Source: a virus
Lineage: Duplodnaviria > Caudoviricetes
Strand: one strand, 5' to 3'
Virus record (IMG/VR): IMGVR_UViG_3300023260_000005
Span: 1-34,132 of that record
Length of the DNA: 34,132 bases
Shown: piece by piece, positions 17,872 through 26,197 of the stretch
Layout of the letters: each line of letters begins with the position of its first letter
Position numbering within the stretch: position 1 is the first letter of the stretch
The notes under the pieces: generated by a model
Databases searched by the model: none
The model's input: the letters and a program-made list of their open reading frames with translations, nothing else
What the model was told of the DNA's origin: nothing
Made by a program: the position numbers and the translations under genes

Positions 17872-17917
17872 TAATCGAGTAAGGGATTTTTTGTTTTAAC
17901 AATTAAAATTCTTGACG

Positions 17918-18259
17918 ATGGGAAAGCACCGAAAATTAACCACGATTGACATAGGATGTTCTTTGAGAAATCCTCCAATTGGAAATTCAGATAACGGAGT
18001 TTTATTGTCTGCTCTAGCTTGGAAGAGTAAAAAACATAAAAAATTATTTAACATAGTTCTTGAGGTTGATTTTGATGTTTATTTGGATTCTTTAGGGATT
18101 CAGAATAATACCGATAAAAATATTTTCATACATTATAGCCTGAAAGATCACTGGCGCTGTTTCAAAGATACTTTCGATAATGATGAGATGTTTTTAATAA
18201 TAGAGAGTAAAAATATATTACTCTTGGAAGAGAACGAAAACGAATGCACACCAATATGA
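17918..18259 (+). CDS. Hypothetical protein
   Basis: The track start is TTG at 17912, with ATG at 17918. Its stop overlaps the next start (ATGA at 18256-18259). Confidence 0.6.
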   Translation: MGKHRKLTTIDIGCSLRNPPIGNSDNGVLLSALAWKSKKHKKLFNIVLEVDFDVYLDSLGIQNNTDKNIFIHYSLKDHWRCFKDTFDNDEMFLIIESKNILLLEENENECTPI

Positions 18260-18921
18260 AAAACAAACAAAAAATACTCCTAATTCAGCCTCATTCAGAC
18301 GACATACTGTTTTCTGCTAGCAAATATTTATTTAATAGTTCGGATTACAAAGATGTAAAGGTTTTGACTGTAGAAGGAGGAAATGCGAAGCGAGTTAGCG
18401 AGGATGAAGAATTATGTAAATTTTTCGGAGTTGGTTACATTAATTTAGGATTAGATTATGAAGATGATAGTTATTATCACTATTACAAGATTCATAGAAC
18501 TTTCTCTTGGAATAATTGTCATCGAATTTTAATCGAGAGATACGGAAAGGAATTTTTGAAGGAGTTGAGAACTATATTGAGAGAAATTGTTAAGGCTTAC
18601 AAGAGTGAAAGGTATCAGATAATAATCCCTTTAGGAGTTGGACATCCAATGCACTGGTTTGTTAGACATTGCTTGGGAAATTTAGCTGATATATTCTACA
18701 GAGATTTTCCGCACTCTTATAAACGCAAAACAGCGTTAGACTTAAAAGATGTGACTTCATATAACTTCGAATTGGAAAGTGAATATTTTAACGAGGAAGA
18801 ACATGAAATGAAATTTCAGCTATCTTATCAAATTTATAAGACTCAAAGAAGTTTGTTGTTTTTTGAGAAAGGTTACATCGATAAAAAGTTACCAGAACAA
18901 TTTTATAAGATACGGACATGA
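18256..18921 (+). CDS. PIG-L/LmbE-family N-acetylglucosaminyl deacetylase
   Basis: Metal-binding motifs LLIQPHSDD and PLGVGHPMH. ATGA overlaps at both ends favour the start at 18256 over 18244. Confidence 0.8.
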   Translation: MKNKQKILLIQPHSDDILFSASKYLFNSSDYKDVKVLTVEGGNAKRVSEDEELCKFFGVGYINLGLDYEDDSYYHYYKIHRTFSWNNCHRILIERYGKEFLKELRTILREIVKAYKSERYQIIIPLGVGHPMHWFVRHCLGNLADIFYRDFPHSYKRKTALDLKDVTSYNFELESEYFNEEEHEMKFQLSYQIYKTQRSLLFFEKGYIDKKLPEQFYKIRT

Positions 18922-20327
18922 AAATAAGATTTTGTACATTTTCTCTTGCTAAGTATGGCGGGATAATACAACATATTGAAACTAAATTCGAGGCACTAAA
19001 GAAACAAGGGCACGATGTGGATATAATCATTTTAGATTATAAAACATCGCTGTCCTTGCCTAATTATACGAAAAAGGTTAAAAGCCTAGAGGATGAAAGT
19101 TTTCAACGAAAATTAGAGGTTAAAAGTCAAAACGGAGGCTATTCACGTTCAGAGATAACAGGCTATTGGAGTAATCCGTATTATGGATGGTTATTAGAGC
19201 CTTACAAGAATGTCTTTCCAGCGTTGGATAAAAATTCTGTAGAAGCGTTTAAGAAATCCGTTGAGGATGTAGATTTAATAATTTGGAGTTTCGTTCCAAC
19301 TAAAACTTCTGCTGCGAAAGGATTTAACTGGTGGCATGAATATTTTGATTTACCGAAGTCGACAAAACAAGTCCTAACTATTCACGATGGGTATTATGAT
19401 TTGAGAAATTCTTGGACTAACTTCCTTAAGAAAAAAATATCTTTCATGGAGTGCGTTCACATTACAGGTTATCAAGCTTGCGAGGTTTTTGATATTCCAA
19501 GATTCTTAAATTTAGATTCTCGAAAGCTACCAACGAAACTAAAAGTAAAAAGCAAAGAGGCTAGACAAGTCGATTTCTTCTCAGCTCATATTTGGAAATC
19601 TATGAAGAGAATGGAAGACCTTTTAACGGCAATCCCATACGTAAAAAAAGGGAGAACTTGTTTTGTTGCTGGGAGTGGAATAGAGCTATATTACATGATG
19701 ACTGAGGATAAATCTAAACAAAAGCCAAAATATACCGTATCGAAGAAAACCGACCCCGATTGTAAAGAAGATGAGATTGGGCTTAGTATTTTCCAGAGAG
19801 CGGAGAAATATGGGATGGAATATCTTGGAGTTATAAATAATGAAGAAATAAATTACTTATTGCAAAATTCCAAATTCGCAATAGACCCAAGCTTCTGTTC
19901 TCATTACGCTAAATATGTAAACGTACATTTGAACGGATTTATAATTGAGGCGATAGCGAACGGATGCTATCCAATTCTAAGAAATTACAGAAAAGACGAA
20001 ATAGAGAATGATTTTATATTCAAAAATCTTAAGGCGATTTATATTCCATATGACGTAACTCCGAAGGATTTTGCCATGTATCTGAATAAGGCGATGAGTA
20101 TGACTGAGAGTCAATATTTGAAAGACACTTTGCATAATTTCAAATTAGCTAAATCAATTCTTGACCCAGATGCTAATATGAAACAAATCATCGGCTTTAT
20201 TAAAAAACCTAAAAGGATTAAGAGGGAATTAGATAAGGGGCAATCAACTCCAAAAATCCAAAAAGATTCTATGGAAGTGATGACAAAATTTTTCGGATAT
20301 AAAGAATTGCCAGATTTGATGAAATAG
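18918..20327 (+). CDS. GT-B fold (family 4-like) glycosyltransferase
   Basis: N-terminal YGGIIQHI...LKKQGHDVDII, then KSMKRMEDLL, FVAGSG and FIIEAIANGCYPI. Confidence 0.75.
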   Translation: MKIRFCTFSLAKYGGIIQHIETKFEALKKQGHDVDIIILDYKTSLSLPNYTKKVKSLEDESFQRKLEVKSQNGGYSRSEITGYWSNPYYGWLLEPYKNVFPALDKNSVEAFKKSVEDVDLIIWSFVPTKTSAAKGFNWWHEYFDLPKSTKQVLTIHDGYYDLRNSWTNFLKKKISFMECVHITGYQACEVFDIPRFLNLDSRKLPTKLKVKSKEARQVDFFSAHIWKSMKRMEDLLTAIPYVKKGRTCFVAGSGIELYYMMTEDKSKQKPKYTVSKKTDPDCKEDEIGLSIFQRAEKYGMEYLGVINNEEINYLLQNSKFAIDPSFCSHYAKYVNVHLNGFIIEAIANGCYPILRNYRKDEIENDFIFKNLKAIYIPYDVTPKDFAMYLNKAMSMTESQYLKDTLHNFKLAKSILDPDANMKQIIGFIKKPKRIKRELDKGQSTPKIQKDSMEVMTKFFGYKELPDLMK

Positions 20328-20328
20328 A

Positions 20329-20339
20329 CAGCTATTATC
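20329..20339 (+). promoter_or_regulatory. Candidate phage late promoter, copy 3 (CAGCTATTATC)
   Basis: Intergenic, upstream of the ATPase/kinase genes. Confidence 0.55.
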
Positions 20340-20372
20340 ATTTTATCGGTAACAACTAAAATACTAAATGAA

Positions 20373-21839
20373 ATGAAAAAAATTAGTGAAAATCTTAAAG
20401 ACATAATCCAGAAAGCTGCGGTTAAACAAGTTGGAGATACCAAAATTGATAGCGCTGGTAGAACGCTTATCTGGAGTGAAACAAAACCAGGAAAGTTTGA
20501 CTGGAGAATTAGTAAACAGGCAGGAAGCGGAGGCGCTGGCCCAAAAGTAGTTGTTGCCGATGCTACTGGCGATGGTGGGGCTCACGCCAAATTAGTAGCG
20601 CACTTGAAAAAATCGTCTGCTGCTGATTTAAAAAAATTCGCCAAAAAACCTGGTAATGACCCAAACTTACGTCAAACTGCGTATGATGAATTAGTAGAGA
20701 GAGGCGAGGATGTTTCTGATATTGATTTGAATACTGGAAAATACGGAGCGATGAAACAAGCTTTTGGGGTTGGCCAAAAATCTAACTTCAAATTAGACCC
20801 TACTGCCTCTGCTTCAGATGATGACGAGGAAGTGGATTGGAAAGACCCTGAATTCATTAAAAAGAGATTTGGATTTTCAGATTGGTCAAAGGCTACAAAA
20901 AAACAACGTATCGAATATGATAATTTTGTTACACAGGAAAAAGCAAAAGACCCTAACTACATGAATCCAGAAGAGGAAATATGGGATTTGAATGCTTTAT
21001 ACGCTCAGTTTCTTAGAACTGAATCTCCATTGATGATTGCTTCGGGAGGAGCGGGAGTTGGAAAAACTTATAATCTACATTTAGTTGCTAAGGCTCTAAA
21101 TAAAAAACCGTTTGACCCTGATACCGATACACCTGGTGACAGTGACTACGATTACGTTGAGGCACCAGAAATTACCTCTGCCCCTCAATTAGCCTCTCTT
21201 TTAAAAGAACATAACGGAAAAACGATTGTATTCGATGATACCGATAATATTTTAAAAACTCCTGAGACTTTCGGACTTTTGAAAAAAGCGACAGCTTCAT
21301 CTGGAAAAAGAATCGTTGGTAAAAAATCTACTGGGGCAGGTAATATCGACCCCTTTGAATTTACAGGAAAAATATTATTCCTAACGAATATGTCTCAAGC
21401 GCAGTTAACCAAAGACGAAAACTTGAACGCTATTTATTCCAGAGCGTTGAAGAAAGACATTTACTTTACCAAAAAAGAACAGCTTTTCTTTATCGATAAA
21501 TTGAAACATAACATGCCGATTACTGGTGTCGATAGACTTCCAAATAAAGCGGATGATATCCAAGAGCGTGAGGAAGTATTCCAAATATTGAAAGAAAATA
21601 TTGCTGATATTGACCCAGCTAAATTTAACGTTCGTTCAATGAAGGAAATGTTAGAGCAAAAAAGAGCTGCGGATAACGCCAAAGAATTTATTAAAAACGA
21701 CCCTGTTATGGGTAAAATGCTTTTTGGCGCAGGAATAGACTGGAAGAAAAAAGTGAAAGCCTCTTTGATAAAAGGGGAAGGTTACAACCCCAAAAAAGAT
21801 GCTATAGAGAAAGCAGTGGAAATCCTTAATTTGGACTAA
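20373..21839 (+). CDS. P-loop (AAA-like) ATPase with GKFDWR and helical N-terminal modules; putative head-packaged protein
   Basis: Walker A GGAGVGKT, Walker B IVFDD and sensor-like ILFLTN. Putative processing sites IQK|A at the N-terminus and IEK|A at the C-terminus. Confidence 0.75.
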   Translation: MKKISENLKDIIQKAAVKQVGDTKIDSAGRTLIWSETKPGKFDWRISKQAGSGGAGPKVVVADATGDGGAHAKLVAHLKKSSAADLKKFAKKPGNDPNLRQTAYDELVERGEDVSDIDLNTGKYGAMKQAFGVGQKSNFKLDPTASASDDDEEVDWKDPEFIKKRFGFSDWSKATKKQRIEYDNFVTQEKAKDPNYMNPEEEIWDLNALYAQFLRTESPLMIASGGAGVGKTYNLHLVAKALNKKPFDPDTDTPGDSDYDYVEAPEITSAPQLASLLKEHNGKTIVFDDTDNILKTPETFGLLKKATASSGKRIVGKKSTGAGNIDPFEFTGKILFLTNMSQAQLTKDENLNAIYSRALKKDIYFTKKEQLFFIDKLKHNMPITGVDRLPNKADDIQEREEVFQILKENIADIDPAKFNVRSMKEMLEQKRAADNAKEFIKNDPVMGKMLFGAGIDWKKKVKASLIKGEGYNPKKDAIEKAVEILNLD

Positions 21840-21840
21840 T

Positions 21841-24111
21841 ATGAGCGATTTAAAGAAAAGGTTATTGAAATCACTTGAGGAGACGTCAGCGCAAGTTGCA
21901 GATGGAATCTTAAGTGATTCCTCTTTAATCAAACAGAGCAATATTTTCAAATGGAGAACTAACTTCGTGGAAGATTCGGTATATAAAATTATTAAGGCTA
22001 AAACTTTCAATAATTTTAAAAACAAAGTAGATAACGACCAGAGGTTGATGAAAGCCTTAGTTTTAGGAGAGACTAAAACTCAGGATGGAGTTCTTTATGT
22101 CGTTAAACAAATTGGTAAATCAGGAAAGTTAGATTGGAGAGTAGCAAACAAACAACCTAAATCAGCTCAAAGCAATACCAAAGTAAATTTAGACACTCTT
22201 TTTGATACCCAAGATTTCCCCACTCTTACTTCCGATTTAACTTTCAAAACTAAATTAGGGGGTTCGACTGGGGCAGTTCTTATGGAGGATGCGAGCGGTA
22301 ATCTTTTTGTGGCTAAAAAAGGAGCTACGGCAGATCACGTGAAAGAGGAATTTTTGACCAATTGTTTGTATAAGGTAATGGGTGCTGAGGTTCCTACGGT
22401 AAAGCTTTATGAGGAGAACGGTCAATATACCATGCTTTCTAAATTTATCCCAAATACAACTCCTGTAAATAACATAATGGACGACCAGTATTTGGAAGAC
22501 ATTACGGAACATTACGTTTTAGACTGTTTATTGGCAAACTGGGATATTTACAAAAACGATAATATTTTAGTCGATAACGACAATGATACTATCTACAGAG
22601 TTGATAACGGAGGAGGTTTGAGATTTTCAGCTCAGGGGAGAGATAAAGGCGCTCATTTCACAGATGATGTGGACGAGATAGAAAGTATGCTTGTTAATAA
22701 TCCTCACCTTGCTCCAGAGATTACTCAAAATAAAATAAATTCTCAAATATCAAAAATCATTAAGAATAAATCTAAGATTTTGAATTTGATAGAGGATGTC
22801 GATTTGAAGACTAAAATGTCAATGAGAATCGCTAGTTTGGATATGAGACTTACTAATGCAAATATTCCAAAAGACCCATACCGAGAGTTAACTGATAAGG
22901 AATTAGATAAAGCCATGAAAGCCTGTAAGAATGACTTATTTGCAGTTAACGATGTAGAAGGTTGGATTTTCCTTTCTCAGATAGCTAAAATGAGAGGTTT
23001 TGACGGTACTCCTACTGTAGTTGATAAAAATACTTTTGATACTTTGTTAGCTGATAAGGAAAACATTTTAGTCAATAGAGGTTTAACAAACTACAATAAT
23101 AAAAGTGCAAGAGCCTTAATGGAAGACTTTACCACTTCAGAACATTGTTTCTATGGAAAACAAGCGATGTATGGAGCGGGAATTTACGGTGCAGTAAATA
23201 AGCCGAGAAACAGAGATAAGTCGAATGGAGATTATAATCTTGTATTGAAAAATTATGCGGATTATGAAGATTCAAATATAATGGATATAATTCTTACTAA
23301 AGATATGAAAATTGTCGATGGTAACGAATTAGACGACATGATGGCTGAAGAGTTCTTCGGAGATGAATACAAAAAAGTTAAGAAAGATTACAACGATGCG
23401 GTTGAAAATCTTAACAAGCTTAAATTAGACAAACAAAAAATAGAGGAGCAAATTGAATCCGATGTTAAAGCGGAATTAGGTTGGAATGAAAAAACTTATA
23501 ATGTTCTAAAATCTTCCAAACCAGAAGTAGTTTATGCGGACACGAGCAAATTCAAATTCGAAAAGATTTTGAAATACTTTGGGCCAATAATGAATAGCAT
23601 AAACGGAAAGATTGAAAAATTAGACGATGTAAATTACAACTTTGTCCTTCCTTCGGGAAATAGCTTTATTTTGAATAAAAATTTCTCTGAGGATTTGAAC
23701 GCCTTAAAACAGAAAAACGCTTATTTGAATACTTACAACTATCAATATAAACTTTTGAAAGAGTTTGTCTTGAAAGAGCATTTTCACAATGTGAATAAAA
23801 AAGTATCTGAAAAAGTCGCATTAGAGAATAGAGACAACCCAGTATTACAACAAAACAAAGTTGATACTGTTGCAGCGGAGAAAAATATCAAAACTTTATC
23901 CGATACTGTAAACCAAACAAAAACTAACGGAGCTTCAACTTTAAATTCTGTTATGGCTACGATAGCTAAAAAGCCTGGTGGGGAGTTCAGAGGCTACTAC
24001 GCTGCCATAAAAGGTTATGATGCTATCATACAAAAGAACGGATGGGGAGGAAACACTGATTTCTGCGTTATCCTGAATAGGAATAAAGTTATTGTAAAAG
24101 ATTTTAATTAA
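21841..24111 (+). CDS. Multidomain protein: GKLDWR module + PI3/4-kinase/HipA-like kinase + probable ADP-ribosyltransferase-like domain
   Basis: Kinase-like motifs LGGSTGA, FVAK, E, DCLLANWD, NIL and VDNGG. ART-like motifs NRG, YGAGIYGA, GYDAII and VILNR, interrupted by a coiled-coil-rich insert. Confidence 0.6.
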   Translation: MSDLKKRLLKSLEETSAQVADGILSDSSLIKQSNIFKWRTNFVEDSVYKIIKAKTFNNFKNKVDNDQRLMKALVLGETKTQDGVLYVVKQIGKSGKLDWRVANKQPKSAQSNTKVNLDTLFDTQDFPTLTSDLTFKTKLGGSTGAVLMEDASGNLFVAKKGATADHVKEEFLTNCLYKVMGAEVPTVKLYEENGQYTMLSKFIPNTTPVNNIMDDQYLEDITEHYVLDCLLANWDIYKNDNILVDNDNDTIYRVDNGGGLRFSAQGRDKGAHFTDDVDEIESMLVNNPHLAPEITQNKINSQISKIIKNKSKILNLIEDVDLKTKMSMRIASLDMRLTNANIPKDPYRELTDKELDKAMKACKNDLFAVNDVEGWIFLSQIAKMRGFDGTPTVVDKNTFDTLLADKENILVNRGLTNYNNKSARALMEDFTTSEHCFYGKQAMYGAGIYGAVNKPRNRDKSNGDYNLVLKNYADYEDSNIMDIILTKDMKIVDGNELDDMMAEEFFGDEYKKVKKDYNDAVENLNKLKLDKQKIEEQIESDVKAELGWNEKTYNVLKSSKPEVVYADTSKFKFEKILKYFGPIMNSINGKIEKLDDVNYNFVLPSGNSFILNKNFSEDLNALKQKNAYLNTYNYQYKLLKEFVLKEHFHNVNKKVSEKVALENRDNPVLQQNKVDTVAAEKNIKTLSDTVNQTKTNGASTLNSVMATIAKKPGGEFRGYYAAIKGYDAIIQKNGWGGNTDFCVILNRNKVIVKDFN

Positions 24112-24116
24112 AAGAC

Positions 24117-24533
24117 ATGGACACAAACTATATAATATTCGATGAAACTCTATCGGTTGAAGAGCAGGTTAAGAGCCTTGAAGTGCTATTTAATCGAATA
24201 AGTAGCAATAATAATACTAAGATACTATTTGACGAAAATCCAACGCTTATACCATTTAAATATAAGTTTCCTATAATGGATATAAATGAACAGGAGGTTT
24301 TCTTGAAGGAGTGCCAAAAACACAATTTATTTGTAGAGCTTCCGAAGCACTATCAAGAAAAAATTTATCTTTGCGAAAAAGTTAATTTTTACAACCAAAA
24401 GTTCCTAGCGTTTCTTTCAGATAAAGGAATAACTGAAGGACAATTCAAGTCGAAAGATGCTAACAGTAAATTAGATACATTTTATGATTTCTTATTTACC
24501 AATAGAATGGATATTGGAATTTTGGAACTGTAA
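24117..24533 (+). CDS. Hypothetical protein
   Basis: 138-aa ORF starting 5 nt after the kinase/ART-like gene. Confidence 0.7.
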   Translation: MDTNYIIFDETLSVEEQVKSLEVLFNRISSNNNTKILFDENPTLIPFKYKFPIMDINEQEVFLKECQKHNLFVELPKHYQEKIYLCEKVNFYNQKFLAFLSDKGITEGQFKSKDANSKLDTFYDFLFTNRMDIGILEL

Positions 24534-24544
24534 TTAATTTTACT

Positions 24545-24555
24545 CAGCTATTATT
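24545..24555 (+). promoter_or_regulatory. Candidate phage late promoter, copy 4 (CAGCTATTATT)
   Basis: Intergenic, upstream of the protease and capsid genes. Confidence 0.6.
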
Positions 24556-24578
24556 AGTGAAACTAATATTTAATAATC

Positions 24579-26162
24579 ATGGTTTCAGAAAAATTCAAAT
24601 TCTATACCCAAGCCACTATCGAGAAGGCAGTTGATAAAGAAGGAAAGACCGTCATGAAAATGGGCGGTATTGCTTCGACTGCTGACGAGGATGCGGATGG
24701 AGAGTTTTTAGACCCTAACGGATTTGTGGTTGACGATTTTATGTCCACTGGTTTAGTAAATTGGCACCATGGAGTAAAAAATAAACCAAAGATGATAGTC
24801 GGAGAGCCGACCATCGCTGAGATACGCCCCGAAGGATTTTATGTTGAGTGTCTTCTTTATCCTAGTTCAGAGATAGCGAGAGAAATTTATGAAACCGCTG
24901 AGATTCTCGAAAAAGATAGCAACACCAGAAGGTTAGGATTTTCCATTGAAGGAGAGGTTATCGAAAGACAGAGCGATGACGAAGATGACGCCCTTTACAA
25001 AAAAATCAAGAAAGCAAATATTACAGGTTTAGCAATAACTCATATGCCTAAGAACGGTAAAACATTTGCACAAATCATTAAAGGATTCGTTGAAGCCGAA
25101 GGAACGGAAGGAGAAAGCTCAGAAGGAGACGACTCAGAAGCAGAAGGCAGTGGATTGAATACCAAAAGCGGTAAATCCATAATAAAAGAATCGCTTGATA
25201 AACACCCTAAAAAATTAGTTCCAACCTCTTTGAGCATAAAGAAATCCAAATTCGAAATAATAAATTTGGATGAAGATAGTGCCTACGATAAAATTTTTGA
25301 TACATTTTCAGATATTAATATTGAAAAGGCTAAAAAAGTTTTTACACTACTAACAATAATTGATCAAGGTATGAAAAATGGTACAATAAACGAAGACAAA
25401 CTTGAAAAAGCATTTGGTGCTTTAGGTTTAGAGGTAAGTGAACAAAATCCATTCCTTCAAAAAGCCAAAGCAGACGATGACTCTGACGAGGATGATGAAG
25501 AGGAAGAAGTGGATGAAGATTCAAAGAAAGTTGCCGACAAGATTCAAGCAGAAAACTATTCTGACAAGAAGAAAGTTGAAAAAGGCAATAGCGATGAATT
25601 AGAAGAAGCGGATGACAAAACAGAAAAACTTGAAAAAGCTAAAGCTATCGCTGGGCTTGGAGAGTCAAAAGGTTTGTATCTTACTTTATCTAAAGAAATT
25701 CTGAAAGCTAAAGCTCAAAACTCTATTGAAAACCGAGCCTTGGGAGTTCTTGTTAAAGCTGTTTTGGATGAAAACCAATTGTTGAAATCTCAAGTAGATA
25801 ATCAATTGGAAATTTTCAATAACCAATCTCAAATGATCGAAGAGCAATCTGAAATCATTAAAGGGTTTATGGAGAAATTTGAAAATTTTGGCTCCGCACC
25901 CGCTCCACGTAAATCAATCGTTAAAGGATTTGCCGAAAGGTTTGAAGAAAAACCTGAACAAATTGAGAAAGCGAATAGCAATGTTCTCAGTGTAAGCCGT
26001 AACAAGGCGGCAATCTTAGATGTCTTGGATAAAAAGACTTTCGCAAAAGGCTTTAATGAAGCCATGAGTAAAGCTACTATCTCATTTGAGGCGTCAGGAG
26101 AAATCTCTCCAGAAACCGTAAGAATCTTAAAAGAGGAAAACGGCATTACAATCGTACAGTAA
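24579..26162 (+). CDS. Prohead maturation protease fused to a scaffold-like region
   Basis: GIASTADEDADGE, NWHH (His), LGFSIEG (Ser) and LAITHMPKN. The C-terminal half is acidic and coiled-coil, with many hydrophobic-x-K-[AGS] sites. It directly precedes the capsid gene. Confidence 0.88.
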   Translation: MVSEKFKFYTQATIEKAVDKEGKTVMKMGGIASTADEDADGEFLDPNGFVVDDFMSTGLVNWHHGVKNKPKMIVGEPTIAEIRPEGFYVECLLYPSSEIAREIYETAEILEKDSNTRRLGFSIEGEVIERQSDDEDDALYKKIKKANITGLAITHMPKNGKTFAQIIKGFVEAEGTEGESSEGDDSEAEGSGLNTKSGKSIIKESLDKHPKKLVPTSLSIKKSKFEIINLDEDSAYDKIFDTFSDINIEKAKKVFTLLTIIDQGMKNGTINEDKLEKAFGALGLEVSEQNPFLQKAKADDDSDEDDEEEEVDEDSKKVADKIQAENYSDKKKVEKGNSDELEEADDKTEKLEKAKAIAGLGESKGLYLTLSKEILKAKAQNSIENRALGVLVKAVLDENQLLKSQVDNQLEIFNNQSQMIEEQSEIIKGFMEKFENFGSAPAPRKSIVKGFAERFEEKPEQIEKANSNVLSVSRNKAAILDVLDKKTFAKGFNEAMSKATISFEASGEISPETVRILKEENGITIVQ

Positions 26163-26197
26163 TCGGTAAATATATTTAACTTAAAACATACTTGAAA

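Noticed and set aside
20373-21839. ATPase as terminase large subunit or as the 5-hmdU DNA kinase
   Set aside because: There is no terminase nuclease domain or motif layout. The Walker B and sensor pattern is AAA-like rather than nucleotide-kinase-like. A kinase role is not formally excluded without a profile search.
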